From a virus (lineage: Duplodnaviria > Caudoviricetes): 64,000 nucleotides of DNA. The stretch covers positions 96,001 through 160,000 of the IMG/VR virus record IMGVR_UViG_3300033067_002132. The stretch is one strand, 5' to 3'. The translations under genes and the position numbers were made by a program. Positions 1-10,400 of the stretch are shown piece after piece. Positions within the stretch are counted from its first letter, which is position 1. Each line of letters opens with the position of its first letter. A model generated the notes under the pieces. The model saw only the letters and a program-made list of their open reading frames with translations, was not told the origin of the DNA and made no database searches.

Positions 1-270
1 GCTCACTTAATAATTTTAATAGAATCTAAATTAAGTTATGTTCTTAATTTTAATTATTCTAAATGGTTAAATAAATTTGTAAGAGCAAATCCTGATTTTA
101 TTTTTCACAGAGTAAGAGAATTATGTCAAAATTACCCTAATATTCAATTCGTTTTTGTTGATGGAGTAGATGAAGCATCTAAATTAACTAAATTAATATT
201 AACGAGTGATGGTCTTTGTAGAAAAATAGACGTGCAATACGCTATAGACGCAGGATTAATAAATTTTTAA
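1..270 (+). CDS. 3' end of a gene running in from the left edge; possible ERCC4/XPF-like nuclease C-terminus
   Basis: Frame 1 is open from base 1 to TAA at 268-270 (AHLIILIESK...PDFIFHRVRELCQNYPNIQFVFVDG...). It is absent from the ORF track because it has no start in the window. The family call rests on a remembered resemblance only. Confidence 0.4.
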   Translation, partial: AHLIILIESKLSYVLNFNYSKWLNKFVRANPDFIFHRVRELCQNYPNIQFVFVDGVDEASKLTKLILTSDGLCRKIDVQYAIDAGLINF

Positions 271-296
271 TATTTTTAATACTTTTAATAAAATTT

Positions 297-302
297 GTGT
301 AA
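297..302 (+). promoter_or_regulatory. GTGTAA candidate late-promoter motif (portal)
   Basis: Intergenic, 8 nt before the ATG at 311; the same hexamer precedes many structural genes. Confidence 0.6.
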
Positions 303-310
303 TATATTTT

Positions 311-2353
311 ATGAAAAAGTTTAGTTCTTGGGCAAAAGAAAATAATGTAAATTATCATACAGCCTATTATTGGTACAAAAATAATAAGCTTCCTGAGAAC
401 GTTATTGTTAAATCTAATCCAGGAGGATCTTTATATGTTTTAGATGCTACCACAAAAACAGAGGAAACAAAAGAATCTTTTTTAACAAAAGCATTAGAAG
501 AACCAGGTTTTATAGAACCAAAAATGACTGCTTTTGCTAGTGAAGACGGAAGTAGAAGAAATAGAGCGGCTACGATTATTAAAACCGATCAATACGCCAA
601 TATTGATAAAGGTATTTTACCATTTAATAGTAGAGGTAACTATAATAATCAAAATAATATTAATATAAATGATATTATTATATTATGTCAAAAAGCATAT
701 TATAATTTTGCAATTTTTCGAAATGTAATTGATTTAATGACAGAATTTACTGTTAGCGATTTATATTTCAAGGGTGGAAATGAGAAAGCAAGGGCATTTT
801 TTAAATCTTTATTTAGTAAAATCGATATGTTTGATTTACAAGATCGATTTTTTAGAGAATATTATAGATCAGGAAATGTTTTTGTTCATAGATTAGATTC
901 TTTATTACAGCCCTCCGATGTTAGGCAGATTACTACGATTTATGGAGCGGAAGCTTTAAAAGAAGAGGGTATAAGATTACCGGCAAATTATATTATTTTA
1001 AATCCTGCCGATATTCAATCTTTTGGAAGTGTCTCTTATATTAATAGTCAATATGTAAAAATATTGAATCCTTATGAAATAGAAAAATTAAAAAATCCCA
1101 AAACACAAGAAGAAATAGATTTTTTTAATGCTTTACCCACAGACGTACAATCTAAAATTAAAACATCTAGTTCTTTAGAAATAGCAATACCATTAGATAA
1201 AGAAAAAATTTCTGCTATTTTTTACAAAAAACAAGATTATGAACCTATGGCTGTTCCATTAGGTTATCCTGTATTAAGAGATATTAATTGGAAAGAAGAA
1301 TTAAAAAATATAGATTCGGCTATCTCTAGAACAATACAACAAGTAGTTTTATTAATTACTGTAGGACAAGAATTAAAAGATGGAACTGTTCATATTAATC
1401 AAAAACAAATAAATACAATTAATGAAATGTTCCAAAATGAATCTGTAGGAAGAGTTTTCGTTTCTGATTTTACTACAAAGGCTCAATTCGTAATTCCTCA
1501 AATTGGAGATATTTTAGATCCAAAAAAATATGAAGTAGTTAATGAAGATATTAGATTAGGATTAAATAATATTTTAGTTGGTGATGCTAAATTTGCGAAT
1601 CAACAAGTTGCTACAAAAGTTTTTATAGAAAGATTAAAACACGCCAGAAAAGCTTTTAAAAGTCAATTTTTATTACCTGAAATTAAAAGAATTTCTAAAT
1701 TATTAGGATTTAAAAATTTTCCTACTCCTTATTTTACTGGTTTCTCATTAGACGATAAAGTTGAATGGGCGCGTATTTATAATCGATTAGCAGAAGTAGG
1801 TATTTTAACCGCAGAAGAAACGGTTCGTGCAATAGAAGATGGACGTTTACCTAGTCCAGAAGAATCTGTTACCTCTCAAGAAGAATATAAAAAATATCGA
1901 GATAAAGAGCTTTATACTCCTCTTATTGGTGGTGGAAATAAAGATCAACAATCTATCGCAGGAAGACCTGCCGGTACAAAAAAACCAATTAAAAATAAAA
2001 AGGTAGGACCTGTAGGTGCTTCTGAAAAAGAAGAACAACAAACATATAGTGTTTCTAAACTTAAAGATTTAGTTATTCAAACTGCTAATCTAAATAATAA
2101 AATTATAGAAGAAGTAAAATCAAAATATAAATTAGAAAAATTAAATGATAAACAAATACAAATTTGTGAAGATATTACTAATGTAATTATTGCTAATGAA
2201 AAACCTTTAGATTGGTTTACAAAAACAAATTTATATATTGAAAATCCAGTTGATCATAATCCCGATCAAGTTATAGAAATTAATTCTTTAATGCAAGATC
2301 ATGGTCTTAATCAATATATGGCAACATTAATGTATCATAGTAAAAAGGACTAA
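311..2353 (+). CDS. Portal protein with N-terminal IS607/MerR-like HTH
   Basis: 680 aa with portal-like segments (CQKAYYNFAIFRNVIDLMTEF, FFREYYRSGNVF, PLGYPVL), then GILTAEE...GRP and a low-complexity basic linker. The first ~45 aa (FSSWAKENNVNYHTAYYWYKNNKLP) look like an HTH. Confidence 0.7.
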   Translation: MKKFSSWAKENNVNYHTAYYWYKNNKLPENVIVKSNPGGSLYVLDATTKTEETKESFLTKALEEPGFIEPKMTAFASEDGSRRNRAATIIKTDQYANIDKGILPFNSRGNYNNQNNININDIIILCQKAYYNFAIFRNVIDLMTEFTVSDLYFKGGNEKARAFFKSLFSKIDMFDLQDRFFREYYRSGNVFVHRLDSLLQPSDVRQITTIYGAEALKEEGIRLPANYIILNPADIQSFGSVSYINSQYVKILNPYEIEKLKNPKTQEEIDFFNALPTDVQSKIKTSSSLEIAIPLDKEKISAIFYKKQDYEPMAVPLGYPVLRDINWKEELKNIDSAISRTIQQVVLLITVGQELKDGTVHINQKQINTINEMFQNESVGRVFVSDFTTKAQFVIPQIGDILDPKKYEVVNEDIRLGLNNILVGDAKFANQQVATKVFIERLKHARKAFKSQFLLPEIKRISKLLGFKNFPTPYFTGFSLDDKVEWARIYNRLAEVGILTAEETVRAIEDGRLPSPEESVTSQEEYKKYRDKELYTPLIGGGNKDQQSIAGRPAGTKKPIKNKKVGPVGASEKEEQQTYSVSKLKDLVIQTANLNNKIIEEVKSKYKLEKLNDKQIQICEDITNVIIANEKPLDWFTKTNLYIENPVDHNPDQVIEINSLMQDHGLNQYMATLMYHSKKD

Positions 2354-3783
2354 TGTCAAGAAATAGGACAATTTATAATGTGGAGGCTTTGTATGTAGGT
2401 CCCGCGCCTGATACTGGATATCATTTTATTGATTATAGTGGATTTTTTAATAATGAATGTACTTTAAACAGTTATAGTGTTAATTTAATTAAACATTTAC
2501 CAAGAGTACAAAATGTTTCTTACAATATAGAAGCAGGAAGAGTAAACATATTAGAATTAGGAAAAAGATCGACAATTAAAAGACAAATTTTTGATCCTCC
2601 TGATATTAAATTAAATTTTGAATATATCCAAGTAGGAGTATTAAATGAATTAAGATTAGGATTTTATTGTAATTATCCAAGAAATTATTCTCCATATTTT
2701 GGTATTCCTTATTATGAAGATACATATAATGTTTGTTCTATAAATGGTTTTATTATTAGAACCGATGAAAAAGAACAAAATGAAATTCGTTGGCCATATT
2801 TATATAGAGATAAAAGAAATCTTTTTGTAGCGGTAAATCAAAATCAACTAGATTTAAAAACAGGAAATACTTATTATGAAATCGATTCGAACGCGAAAAA
2901 TTGGGGTGTTTATGCGTTTGGTGGATGTTATATTACTAATTATTCTACTTCGGCTTCTGTTGGAGATTTTCCTAGAGTTAATGTTTCATATACTGCGGAT
3001 AATTTAAAATTTTATTCTAGTGGAAGTGGCGTAGATATTCCCGCTGTTAATACAAAAACATATAGTGGAATATCTGGTGTAAAATTTGCATTGCCTAGTC
3101 CTGTAGATGGTACTTTATTACCATCATGTTTATTACCAGGAGATATTACTTTAGATATTTATTCTAAATCACAAAGAACAGGTATTCCTGCTTTACAAGG
3201 AGGATTATATTTAGACATAGAACCTAGTCAAGATTCTTTTATTAGTAATTTTGGATCAGATTTTTCTGATTTAAAAATTCAATCTTATACAATAGATTTA
3301 TCATTAGAAAGAAGATCGTTAAAATCTTTTGGATATAAATTATCTACTGATAAAATTATTACCTTTCCTTTATTTATTAATACTTCTTTTACTGCTTTAG
3401 TAGGAGATATAGGTACGGGATCAATTGAAAATTTAATTAAACAAGATAAAGATTATTTTATATCTATTAATTTAAAAAATCCATTAAATAAAGGAGAAGT
3501 TTCTAAAGGAATTGCGGTTAAATATGATTTTAAAAAATCAAAATTTGTTTCTATTAATTATGATGCAGGAATAGGTAGAAATAAATCTGTAACTTTTAAT
3601 TATGTTACTGAAATCGATCCTGATGATTTAAGTAAAGGATTTTTTATTAGTGGTCTTTTAAATACAGATATTACAGGAATTTCACAATTACCATATGATG
3701 AATGGGTTACAGAATTAGGAGAAAATGTTGTAACAGAAACTAGTGAAAATATAGTAGTTGGATCATATGTTGTATTTTATTAA
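2353..3783 (+). CDS. Tail tube protein paralogue (minor tail/tube-like)
   Basis: Colinear with 19915..21072: MSRNRTIYNVEALYVGPAP vs MPRNRTIYQCESVYAGPSP; PGDITL in both; FSDLKIQSY vs FSDIKIQSY; IGRNKSVT vs IGPNKSVT; GFFISG vs GLFMSG. Confidence 0.65.
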   Translation: MSRNRTIYNVEALYVGPAPDTGYHFIDYSGFFNNECTLNSYSVNLIKHLPRVQNVSYNIEAGRVNILELGKRSTIKRQIFDPPDIKLNFEYIQVGVLNELRLGFYCNYPRNYSPYFGIPYYEDTYNVCSINGFIIRTDEKEQNEIRWPYLYRDKRNLFVAVNQNQLDLKTGNTYYEIDSNAKNWGVYAFGGCYITNYSTSASVGDFPRVNVSYTADNLKFYSSGSGVDIPAVNTKTYSGISGVKFALPSPVDGTLLPSCLLPGDITLDIYSKSQRTGIPALQGGLYLDIEPSQDSFISNFGSDFSDLKIQSYTIDLSLERRSLKSFGYKLSTDKIITFPLFINTSFTALVGDIGTGSIENLIKQDKDYFISINLKNPLNKGEVSKGIAVKYDFKKSKFVSINYDAGIGRNKSVTFNYVTEIDPDDLSKGFFISGLLNTDITGISQLPYDEWVTELGENVVTETSENIVVGSYVVFY

Positions 3784-3789
3784 AGAAAT

Positions 3790-3795
3790 GTGTAA
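3790..3795 (+). promoter_or_regulatory. GTGTAA candidate late-promoter motif
   Basis: Intergenic, before AAGGT and the ATG at 3811. Confidence 0.6.
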
Positions 3796-3810
3796 TTATA
3801 TATAAGGTAT

Positions 3811-6525
3811 ATGGCAAAAAACATTAGTCAATTTATAACATGCTCTCTTTTAGCTACAGGAGATTTTTTAGCTTCATGGGTAAGCGGTCAAACTTGTAAA
3901 CCAACAACAGATGTTTTAGCTAAATGTTTAGATTTAAATTATTTTCGTACAGAAACTAATCCAGTTAGTTATTCAGGTGAATTAAATCTTCCATTTAGAA
4001 TGTTTAGAATATTTTTAGGAAATACTCTTATTTCGGGTGGAAATTTAGTTGTTAATTCAAATACTGGTTTATTTGTTAAACTTTTAGGTGGATATCAAGC
4101 AGGAAATCAAGCGTCAGGTTTATATTCTTCTGTTTTAGCAGGTACAGGAAACCAAGCGAATACTCCTAATTGTGTTATTGTCGGTGGATCTAATAATTTA
4201 ACAAGAGCTACAGGAAATTTTATAGGAAACGGATTCAGTAATAGTGCTTCTGGAATGTATTCTTCCGTATTAAATGGAGAAGGTAATATTGTAGAAGGAA
4301 GATCAGCAAGCGTTTTAGGTGGAAATTCTAATACCGTATATGCTAATTATACAGTTATTGGAGGGGGTAATAGTAATACAATCGGTTTAAATTCACAAAA
4401 ATCTGCTATTTTAGGAGGTTCTTTTAATACAGTCGCGGCTAGTTCTACTGATTCATGTATTGTCGGTGGTGATCAAAATAGAGTTTTTGGAACGGCATCT
4501 ATTATAATAGGTGGAGAATCTCATATTTTAAGTGGACAATTTAATATGATTGGTGCTGGACTTGATAATGAAATAGGTTGTAGTGGAAACGTTAATTATT
4601 CTTTTATTGGAGCGGGAAGTAGAAATACTATTAAATCAGGAAATCATAGTGTTATTTGTGGTGGATTTAGTAATAGTATTTTAAATCATTATGGTTTTAT
4701 AGGTGGAGGAACAGGAAATTTAATAGGAAAATTAAATGATCCAACTGGTGGATATTTTTCTGCTATTATTGCAGGATCTAATAATACTATTACTGGATTA
4801 AATTCTACTATTGCGGGTGGAAGTGGTAATTCTATTGGTAATTATAATTCTTTTATTGGTGGGGGTGTTAATAATATTATTACTAATAATGGAAATATTT
4901 TTAGTTTAACATCTTGTTTTATTGGTGGTGGTGATTATAATACGATAAATACGGATCAGTCCGCCTTTATTGGAATAGGAACATTACATGTTATTAGTGG
5001 TGGATATTCGGCAATTGTTTGTGGAGATCAAAATAAAATATATAGTTTTGCATCTTTTATTGGAGGTGGACAGGCGAATAAAATTTCTGGAGATTATGCT
5101 TCAATAGTAGGAGGTAGTAATAATAGAATAGCAACAGGAACAACGGTTAGTAATTCATTTATCGGTGGTGGAGAAGATAATTTAATTTTAGGTTTTGATT
5201 CAGCTATTGTTTGTGGTTCATCAAATTATGCAACAGGAAATTTTTCATTTATAGGTGGCGGACAAGGAAATTCCGTAGGATTAAATTCTTCTGTTATGGG
5301 CGGAACTTTAAATAATGCTCAGGGAGATTCAAATTTTATAGGTGGTGGATATAGTAATATTAGTAATGGAAGTTATGCTATTATTTTAGGTGGATATTTA
5401 AATACTTGTGTTGGATATACTAGTCTTATTGTTGGTGGGGAATCTAATAAAGTTTTAAATAATTATAGTATTATTAATGGAGGATCTTCTAATTTAATTA
5501 CAGGAACATTTTCGAATATTTTAGGCGGACAAAGTAATACAATTTTAAGTAGGTATAGTTTAATAGGTGGTGGTTATTCAAATAAAATAGGATTAGATAA
5601 TTCTTGTATTCTTGGAGGAGATACAAATTATATTACAGGAAAGTTTAATTCTACAGGAAAATATTCTTTTATTGGTGGTGGAAGTAATAATAGAATATAT
5701 GAAACAGAATCAGTTATTTTAGGAGGAAATAGTAATACTATTTTAACCGGACAATCTACTATATTAGGTGGATATAATAATACTTTATTTTCTAGATACG
5801 GGTTTATTGGAGGAGGATATAATAATGTTGTTAGTGGAAGAACAACTCTTTCTGAAGGAATGACAATTGTAGGTGGAAATGGAAATTCTATTACAGGTAT
5901 TAGTTATTATTCATTTATTGGGAATGGATTTAATAATAAAATATCTTCAAGTTCTCAGTCTTTTATAGGTTGTGGTTTTAATAATTTAATTACAGGTGGT
6001 ACATATAATTTAATTGTAGGTGGATATTTAAATAATATAAATTCAGGGCAAAATAGTCTTATTGTTGGTGGATCTCAAAATATTATTAGTAAATCAAATT
6101 ATAGTTCCGTTTTAGGTGGTAATAATAATAGTATTTATCAAGGATCTAATTTTTCTTTTATTTTAGGAGGTCAAGATTGTTCTATTTATTCCGGAAATTA
6201 TTCTATAGCAGGAGGACAAAATGCAACAGTTTCAGGAGATAATACTATAGCATTAGGTAGAAGTACAAATATTATACATGAAGGTGCTGTTATTATTGCA
6301 GATGGAACGCCTCTTGTCAAAACTAGCGTAAGAACGAATTCAATGTTATTATATTTTGCGGGTGGAGTTTTTATCACAGGGGGTCATTTATTTGTAGATT
6401 CTGGTGCGGCCCCCGCTACCACAGGTGCCGCAGGAAAAGTTGGAGAAATCGCCTTTGATGGTAATTATATGTACTATTGTGTTTCAGGAAATTCTTGGAA
6501 AAGAACTACTTTATCTACTTGGTAA
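3811..6525 (+). CDS. Tail fibre/adhesin with ~15-aa (S/F)-I-x-GG-x-x-N beta-solenoid repeats
   Basis: Dozens of SFIGGGxxN repeats resembling a trimeric-adhesin head. The C-terminus GKVGEIAFDGNYMYYCVSGNSWKRTTLSTW is a typical phage fibre module. Confidence 0.7.
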   Translation: MAKNISQFITCSLLATGDFLASWVSGQTCKPTTDVLAKCLDLNYFRTETNPVSYSGELNLPFRMFRIFLGNTLISGGNLVVNSNTGLFVKLLGGYQAGNQASGLYSSVLAGTGNQANTPNCVIVGGSNNLTRATGNFIGNGFSNSASGMYSSVLNGEGNIVEGRSASVLGGNSNTVYANYTVIGGGNSNTIGLNSQKSAILGGSFNTVAASSTDSCIVGGDQNRVFGTASIIIGGESHILSGQFNMIGAGLDNEIGCSGNVNYSFIGAGSRNTIKSGNHSVICGGFSNSILNHYGFIGGGTGNLIGKLNDPTGGYFSAIIAGSNNTITGLNSTIAGGSGNSIGNYNSFIGGGVNNIITNNGNIFSLTSCFIGGGDYNTINTDQSAFIGIGTLHVISGGYSAIVCGDQNKIYSFASFIGGGQANKISGDYASIVGGSNNRIATGTTVSNSFIGGGEDNLILGFDSAIVCGSSNYATGNFSFIGGGQGNSVGLNSSVMGGTLNNAQGDSNFIGGGYSNISNGSYAIILGGYLNTCVGYTSLIVGGESNKVLNNYSIINGGSSNLITGTFSNILGGQSNTILSRYSLIGGGYSNKIGLDNSCILGGDTNYITGKFNSTGKYSFIGGGSNNRIYETESVILGGNSNTILTGQSTILGGYNNTLFSRYGFIGGGYNNVVSGRTTLSEGMTIVGGNGNSITGISYYSFIGNGFNNKISSSSQSFIGCGFNNLITGGTYNLIVGGYLNNINSGQNSLIVGGSQNIISKSNYSSVLGGNNNSIYQGSNFSFILGGQDCSIYSGNYSIAGGQNATVSGDNTIALGRSTNIIHEGAVIIADGTPLVKTSVRTNSMLLYFAGGVFITGGHLFVDSGAAPATTGAAGKVGEIAFDGNYMYYCVSGNSWKRTTLSTW

Positions 6526-6531
6526 TATATT

Positions 6532-7431
6532 ATGTCTAAAATTATTAGTTACAAATGTTCTATATTAAAAGGAACAAAAAGAATTATTAGTGCCTCACAT
6601 GTAGATTGGTCTAAAATAAGACCAGCGAGTTATTTAAAAATAAAAGGAAATCCAATTACTTTTGATATTCAAAAAATTAGAGAAAATATTTTTCTTTTTG
6701 ATTTTGAAGTAATTCATCCTAAAAAAATACAATTAAAATCACCATTTGGAGAATATTTTATTAATGATGATTTATTAGAAATCTATTTTATTCAATATGA
6801 ATTAGCTGGATTAATTTCTATAATAGATGGAGGAAGTCATTATAAAGAAAATGATATTGTATATGTAGAAGGAGGAAGCGTATCAATAGATAAGAATTTA
6901 AATAAAGAGAATTATACTTCTTTTAGAGTTTTATCTGTAGATGAAAATGGAAAAATTTTAATGTTAGGATTAGAATCTAAAGGATTATATAATATTCCAC
7001 CATCTCAAACATCTAATTTAATTCAGGGAAATGGTAAAAATGCCGTTATATCTTTAAGATATATAGAAAAAGAAAATAAATCTTTTCTTGAGCAAAATAT
7101 TAAAATAGTAGAAAGAGTTAAATTAGAAAATAAATATAATGTTTATTTACATTTAGAATATCCTCTTCCATCTGGTTTAAAAACAGGAAGTATTTCTACA
7201 AGAAAATGGGAAATTTTATTATCTCAAGAATATACTGAAGAAGATTTATTTAATGTTGATTGTGAAATTATAAATGATTTTACCCCAAATTTTAGATTAC
7301 CTATTTTATTACAAAATAGTTTATCTAAAGAAACAGTAGTAAATAAAAGTTTTACTATTATTGATTACGAATTGGCGCTCCTTAAAGATAGAATACAAAA
7401 ATTAGAAGAAAAATTATCTAGCATTAGCTAA
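6532..7431 (+). CDS. Hypothetical virion-associated protein
   Basis: 299 aa with an IIDGGSHY...GLY..P...GNG motif seen in phage structural proteins and a C-terminal coiled coil. The 3' end overlaps the convergent TMP gene. Confidence 0.4.
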   Translation: MSKIISYKCSILKGTKRIISASHVDWSKIRPASYLKIKGNPITFDIQKIRENIFLFDFEVIHPKKIQLKSPFGEYFINDDLLEIYFIQYELAGLISIIDGGSHYKENDIVYVEGGSVSIDKNLNKENYTSFRVLSVDENGKILMLGLESKGLYNIPPSQTSNLIQGNGKNAVISLRYIEKENKSFLEQNIKIVERVKLENKYNVYLHLEYPLPSGLKTGSISTRKWEILLSQEYTEEDLFNVDCEIINDFTPNFRLPILLQNSLSKETVVNKSFTIIDYELALLKDRIQKLEEKLSSIS

Positions 7432-10400
7432 TAATCCACCATCTTTCTTTTGTGTATTAATTACTTTTAGAACTTCTATTTGTATTAATTCTGCAATACG
7501 TTTATTTTCTTCTACTTTTTTATTTCTATTTTCCTTGCTATTATCTTGTGAATCGGTATTAGATGAAACATTAGTATTAGATGATACATTTTTTCCTTCA
7601 TCAATATTTATTTCAATATTAATATAATTATTTGTACCACCTGTCGATGTACCATCTAATTTTACTTGATTATTCGTTTGTAATGATTGTAAAGTTGTGT
7701 TAATTGAATTAGCCGCTTCTACCATTTTATTTAATGAATCAGAAAAAGAGTCCGATCCACTAGATATTCCAAAATTAGGTACGTTAGATACAGGACCACC
7801 TTCCGCATATCTATTTAATGCGCCTACATTTAATTTTTGAAAGAAATTTGCGCCATATTTTCTTACAGCAGGAGCATTAATTACATATTCTCCACCCATT
7901 AACATAGCCGGAACAGTATCTCTATGATATCCTCCATTTGCATAATGCATAGGTTTTACATAAGTTCCTTTACTTGCATATAAAGCTTTAGGATTAGGAT
8001 TATCTAAAGAAGGAACTTTATTTGGAACGCTTCCATCTATTCCTTTTATACCTTTACTAGATTGATATTGCGAATATGCTCCACCAGCAGTATTAACAGC
8101 GGCACTTATAAAAGCACCTATCATTACTTGTTCTTTTCCTCTTTTATATAATTTAAAAGCTTCGGTTTTTTGTTTTTCGTAATCTTTTTTTCCTTTAATA
8201 TAATTAAGAATATCTTGTTCTTTTTGAAAACGTCTTTGTACTGCGGGACTATCTTCATCTGTTAAAGCAAAATTTGATAAATCAGGATCAAATACGATTT
8301 TTAAACCATCTGGAGAATTAGCATTTTTTCCTTCCGCGAAAACATCATTTAATAATCTAATGTTCGCGCCATTTTGTAATTGTTTTACGCTCGTAGAAGG
8401 AATTTCTTGTTGATTAAATTTTCTTAATAAATCTGGTCCTATTGCTTGTGTTGCTTCTTTATTAATAACCACTTCACCAGGAGATAATAATGTAGCGACA
8501 TCATCTTTTACTCCTGTTCCACCAACTACAGGTCCACCAGTAGAAAAACGTTGAATTCCTGAACTTGTTACTTTTCCACCTGACGCACCTTTAGAAATAC
8601 TTCCTATTGATGATGATTTACTAAATACACCACCTAAAGCACTTTTTCCAACATCTCCGATTGCACTAAAAATATAATTAACACCAATATCTGTAGCCAT
8701 ATCTAAAGCTTTATTTGCTACATTTAAAGCAAAATCTTTTAAAGCTTCATCGGCACTTTTTGTTCCATGAATAAATTCTTTAAAGGCATCTTTAAAAGAA
8801 TCTTTCATACCCTGACCGATTTCATAAACCATATCATTCGTATCTTTTTGAAAAGATGCGAGATTATATCTCCAAGTATCAAAGAATTGCGTGCTTAAAT
8901 CTTGAGGAGTTAATTTACCTAATCTTGCTGCTAAAGTATTAGCTTCTTTAGTTGCTTGAGCAATTTCATCACCAAAAGCTGTCGTTGATTTACGTAAAGC
9001 ATCTGCTTGAACTTTTGCTTCTCTAAACGATTGTTCAATATTTTCTTTACTAATTTTATTTAAAGCGTCTAATGCTTCTTCATATTCTTTATTTAATAAT
9101 CTATTACTTTTAATTTGATCTACTAAATTAACAGCAATAATAGTTTGTATCGCCGCTTGTTTTTCTGCAACTTCCTTTCGTTTTGTTTCTAATTCTAATA
9201 GATTTTTTTGAACATTTATAGCTTCTTGAGCTTTTTGTTCAATAATTTTTGTTCTTTGAGTTTTAGGTTCGGCTTCTGCGGCTTTTTGTAATTCTTGAAC
9301 AGGACTTAATTTGTTATTTTTATTTGTTCTTTGTGTTATTTGATTTTTTTCTTTTTCTATATCAGTAGTAAATTTTAATAAATCACCAAAACCAGTAAGT
9401 TCTTCTGAACCCTTTTTAATTTCTTCATTTAATGCTTCTATTTGTTTTTTAAGAGTAGCTATTTCTGTTTGTCCTTGTGTTATACCATCTAAATTAATTA
9501 CAGTAGTATCTATTATTGATGCAGGGTCTTTTTTGTCTAAATTTGCATCAGAAGAAAAACCACCCAATAAATAATCAGTAATTGATTTATCTCCCTCTTT
9601 ATTTGTCTTTTTAAATTTATCTAATAATCCTTGTGTATTTTTTATATCTTGTTCAGTTACAGAAGATTTTCCACTTTCTATTTCTGTAGATCTATCTAAA
9701 AGATTGTTTAATGTTTTATAATCTTCAGGAAATTTTTGATTAAATGGGGTATATTTTTTATTTTGTTTTTTACCTTCTATATCACTTTCTCCGATTGATA
9801 TTAAAATTTTATCAATAACAGATTTAAAATCTTCATTAAGAGTATTTTGTCTTAAATTAATTTGTTTTCCTGTTGTATCTCTGGTTACGGTTTTAGTAGC
9901 AACATCTTTAGCAATAGCTACTTTTTCTGAATCTATTTGTGCGGATAATATCTGCGCACTTATTTCTTTAATTGTTTGTAAATTTCCCGCAACTCCTGTT
10001 TGTTCTAATGCGCTTTTATAAGCATTTTCGTTTTCATTTAAATAAGTATTAGTAAAATCAAAAATTTGTGAATTTAAAATAGCTATTAAACTATTAATAC
10101 TTGCGACATTTTCAGGAACTCTATCAAATTGAGCTAAAGATTTAACTTGAATATCGGCAATATCAGGAGCAAGAGTTTTTAATTGATCTAATGCATCTAA
10201 CTGATCTTGTGAAAACGAACCAGATAATTTAGCGGCAATTTTAGTAAAATCAATATCTTGATTTATAGAAGCAACTCTTCCTGCGGTTGCTTTTTTAAAT
10301 AAATCTTTAGGAATGTTTTCACCACGAACACCTATGAAATCTGTTAATGTTTGAATTAATTTACCAGAAAAAATTCCTGTATCTTTTGTATTTCCACCAA

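Noticed and set aside
311-450. IS607 insertion sequence
   Set aside because: Only the HTH is present; no serine recombinase catalytic domain or TnpB follows.
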